Of a DNA stretch of 64,000 nucleotides, positions 62,330-64,000 are shown in pieces. The stretch is from an uncultured Chloroflexia bacterium (GTDB lineage: Bacteria; Chloroflexota; Anaerolineae; CG2-30-64-16), in contig CAWAOA010000001.1 of assembly GCA_963783655.1 (NCBI GenBank), forward strand, positions 444-64,443. The letters run 5' to 3'. The translations under genes were made by a program, and so were the position numbers. Within the stretch, counting starts at the first letter, position 1; each line of letters opens with the position of its first letter. The notes beneath the pieces were generated by a model that saw only the letters and a list, made by a program, of their open reading frames with translations, made no database searches and was not told the origin of the DNA.

Positions 62330-63611
62330 TCAGGCCGCGGTGCCGCGCATGATCTCGGCGGCCGGGAGGCCACTCCGCAGCAGGCCGGCCATGCGGAGCA
62401 TCGGCTCGCGCACGTGGTGGAAGAAGAGCCTGTACCCCGCGCACAGATAGTTCAATCCTTCCTGTCCGCCGCGAGAATCGCTGGTGGCGGGGGTCTTGAG
62501 AAAGCGATTGCGCGGGCACTCGCCGTAGCAGGCGAAGAGGACCGTCGCACTCGCGGCAGTACTGCGGCAGCGTCTCGTACTTGGCCTGCCCGAACCGGCG
62601 CTGCCTCTCCGAAGCGATCGAGTTGCGAGCATCGGCGTCTCGGTGATGTTCCCAGCAGGTAATCCGGCTCGACGTAGTGGTCGCACGAGTACAGATCGCC
62701 GTTGTGCTCGAGCGCCAGCGCATTGCCGCAGGTCGGGCGAGAAGATGCACAGGTTGTGCTGCCCCACCCAGCTGCCCAGCGCGACGTCGAACATCTGCAC
62801 GAAGACCCCGCCCACGTCGCGCCGCACCCACTCGTCGAAGATGTCGATCAGGAATGCGCCCGAACTGCCGCGGGTCGACCGTGCGCCCGGTGACGCGGTG
62901 ACCCTGCTGCCGGTACAAGGGGCGCGCCGCGCCCGCGCGGCCCGCTCCAGCCCTCGTTCGCCTGGCGCGAGCGTGTCGCGGAGTGGCGCGCTCCACGATG
63001 GGGATGAACTGGATGTACTGCGGCCTCCAGCTCGTCGCGGAAGAAGCGGTAGACCTCGAGCGGGTGGTCCTCGTTGGCGGCGTGGACGCGTGCACAGGAT
63101 GTTCACGTCGACGCCGTGCCGGCGCAGCAGTCTGCCAGCCGCGCGATCACCTCGTCGAAGCTGCCGCTGCCCACCCTGCGTGACCCGGTAGGCGTCGTGC
63201 ATCGCGCGTGGGCCATCGACGCTGAGGCCGACAAGGAAGCCGTGCTGCTTGAAGAAACGCGGCCCACTCGTCGTCGAGCAGCGATGCCGTTGGTCTGGAT
63301 GGTGTGCGTGACGATGTTGATCCGGGCGGCGATACCTCTCGGCAAGCTCCACCGAGCGCCGGAAGAACTCGATGCCCATCAGCGTCGGCTCGCCGCCCTG
63401 CCAGGCGAAGGTGACCTCAGGCGCCCGGTGCGACGCGAGAAGCTGGCGGACGTACGACTCCAGCACGGCGTCGGACATGCGGACTGCTGCCCGGGTACAG
63501 GCTCTCCTTGGTGAGGAAGAAGCAGTAGCTGCAGGCGAGGTTGCAGGCGGCGCCCGCCGGCTTTGCCATGATGTGGAAAGCCGGCGGGACCTGATGCGAG
63601 AGCGGTTTCAC
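62330..63611 (-). CDS. Radical SAM/SPASM enzyme, anaerobic sulfatase-maturating enzyme-like, at least 5 frame breaks.
   Basis: AGAGGA precedes GTG 63611 (..FHIMAKPAGAACNLACSYCFF). ..EVTFAWQGGEPTLMGIEFF..GFLVGLSVDGPRAMHDAYR.. The C-terminal Cys-rich part reads ..QYCRECDVLFACYGECPRNRF..GLNYLCAGYRLFF.. (ORFs 63417-63611, 62330-63478, 61923-63095). Confidence 0.75.
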
Positions 63612-63649
63612 GATCCTCTGTCTTCAGGTGACCCCAAAGTAGCGGCCAC

Positions 63650-64000
63650 CTATCCCTTGCTGCCGGTTGGATGGCACTGCAGGCAGCGGCCGGTGATGGG
63701 AGAGATTTGCTTCTCCAGGTGATGCTTTTCCAGTGTGCCCTGGTTATGGCACGTGTAGCAAGTCCACTCCCGGGTCTTGCCGGGATGGCAGTTGGTGCAC
63801 GTTGCCGGGTCGCTGTTGTGCGACCGGGGGAAGCTGTGCCCGATGGCGGCCGGCTTCCAGCCTGTGGGATTATGGCACTCTGAGCACTGACCGTTGAGAT
63901 GATTTGCAGGCCTTCTACCCTCATGGCAGCTCTGGCAATCCCCACCCGCAGTGCTGTGATTGAACGACGCCGGCTTCCATGCATTCGTGCTATGGCAGGC
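63650..64000 (-). CDS. Multihaem c-type cytochrome, C-terminal fragment (N-terminus off the window).
   Basis: My translation of the reverse strand: ACHSTNAWKPASFNHSTAGGDCQSCHEGRRPANHLNGQCSECHNPTGWKPAAIGHSFPRSHNSDPATCTNCHPGKTREWTCYTCHNQGTLEKHHLEKQISPITGRCLQCHPTGSKG. It contains five complete CxxCH motifs plus one partial at the window edge. Stop at 63650-63652. This frame is not in the supplied ORF track because it has no start codon inside the window. Confidence 0.7.
   Translation of the reverse strand, partial: ACHSTNAWKPASFNHSTAGGDCQSCHEGRRPANHLNGQCSECHNPTGWKPAAIGHSFPRSHNSDPATCTNCHPGKTREWTCYTCHNQGTLEKHHLEKQISPITGRCLQCHPTGSKG

Overview
64-kb, high-GC bacterial chromosomal window. Gene content and repeat style look Chloroflexota-like, but this is unverified. 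Almost every long gene is interrupted by single-nucleotide frame breaks. These are best explained by homopolymer indel errors in the assembly, so genes were reconstructed by joining ORF-track fragments and all long-gene coordinates are spans. Content in order: (1) a type I R-M operon, hsdM-fic-hsdS-DUF4357/PD-(D/E)XK nuclease-hsdR (1-7410, minus strand). (2) A flavoprotein gene, a repeat-dense non-coding stretch and a membrane protein. (3) A BMP-family ABC transporter, a GntR regulator, a xanthine-dehydrogenase-family molybdoenzyme (FAD, 2Fe-2S and Moco subunits) and a YgfK-like Fe-S flavoprotein (10957-24041). (4) A DUF11 surface protein of about 1000 aa. (5) A TetR-cyclase pair divergent from a PEP-utilising (rifampicin-phosphotransferase-like) enzyme. 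(6) A 177-bp MITE-like element and a small envelope operon. (7) Two MalT/LuxR STAND regulators interleaved with paralogous flavodoxin-like plus membrane-protein modules; one regulator is flanked by a shared MalT-box-like promoter motif. (8) LysM and DUF2892 proteins. (9) A signalling operon: a poly-HAMP hybrid kinase of about 1730 aa, CheR, and a REC/GAF/HisKA_3 kinase. (10) A second PEP-utilising paralog, a Vgb-like lyase, several small genes, a TetR/aldo-keto-reductase pair with a duplicated operator, an anSME-like radical SAM enzyme and a multihaem cytochrome fragment at the window edge. I saw no rRNA, tRNA, CRISPR array, transposase or integrase. The most interesting signals are the passenger enzymes inside the R-M operon, the operator-like twin palindromes between fic and hsdS, the MalT-box-like motif pair, the MITE and long-palindrome families, and the CheR gene coupled to a receptor-less poly-HAMP kinase.
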